A stretch of DNA of 64,000 nucleotides from Asterias rubens. Lineage: Eukaryota. The notes under the pieces were generated by a model, which searched no databases, was not told the DNA's origin, and worked only from the letters and a program-made list of their open reading frames with translations. The DNA lies in contig NC_047073.1 in assembly GCF_902459465.1 (NCBI RefSeq), forward strand, positions 4,898,001-4,962,000. The letters run 5' to 3'. Below, in pieces: positions 63,946 through 64,000 of the stretch (its first letter is position 1; every line of letters begins with the position of its first letter). Both the position numbers and the translations under genes were made by a program.

Positions 63946-64000
63946 CTATTTAAAAATCACCACACATCGACTATCTTGTAAAGCACAGACCTTATTGGTA

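Overview
Eukaryotic, AT-rich, repeat-dense animal DNA with one 496-N assembly gap (36796-37291). The repeat families look like those of a sea star or related echinoderm; this is my inference and is not verified. The only securely identifiable gene is the 5'-truncated 3' half of a receptor-type (membrane) guanylyl cyclase on the minus strand. It has 8 exons (63199 to 40773, 345 codons plus stop) covering the end of the kinase-homology domain, the coiled coil, an intact cyclase domain and a C-terminal tail. The left ~26 kb holds no recognisable intact gene. It does contain a chain of plus-strand, splice-site-bounded, stop-poor segments that look like a large decayed gene of unknown identity. These lie in a domain full of TACATGTA octamers that, by eye, ends near 29 kb. 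Mobile DNA is abundant: TTAA-flanked (Kolobok-like) MITEs, a hAT MITE with an 8-bp TSD, a MITE family with 6-bp TSDs, a 1.7-kb Sola2-like element, Deu-domain SINEs, LINE tails and a Penelope-type minimal hammerhead ribozyme. There is also a 318-bp head-to-tail repeat that carries a full tRNA-shaped Pol III unit and sits inside a (TA)n microsatellite. Most ORFs in the supplied track are chance ORFs or antisense shadows. All analysis was by eye; no database searches were run.
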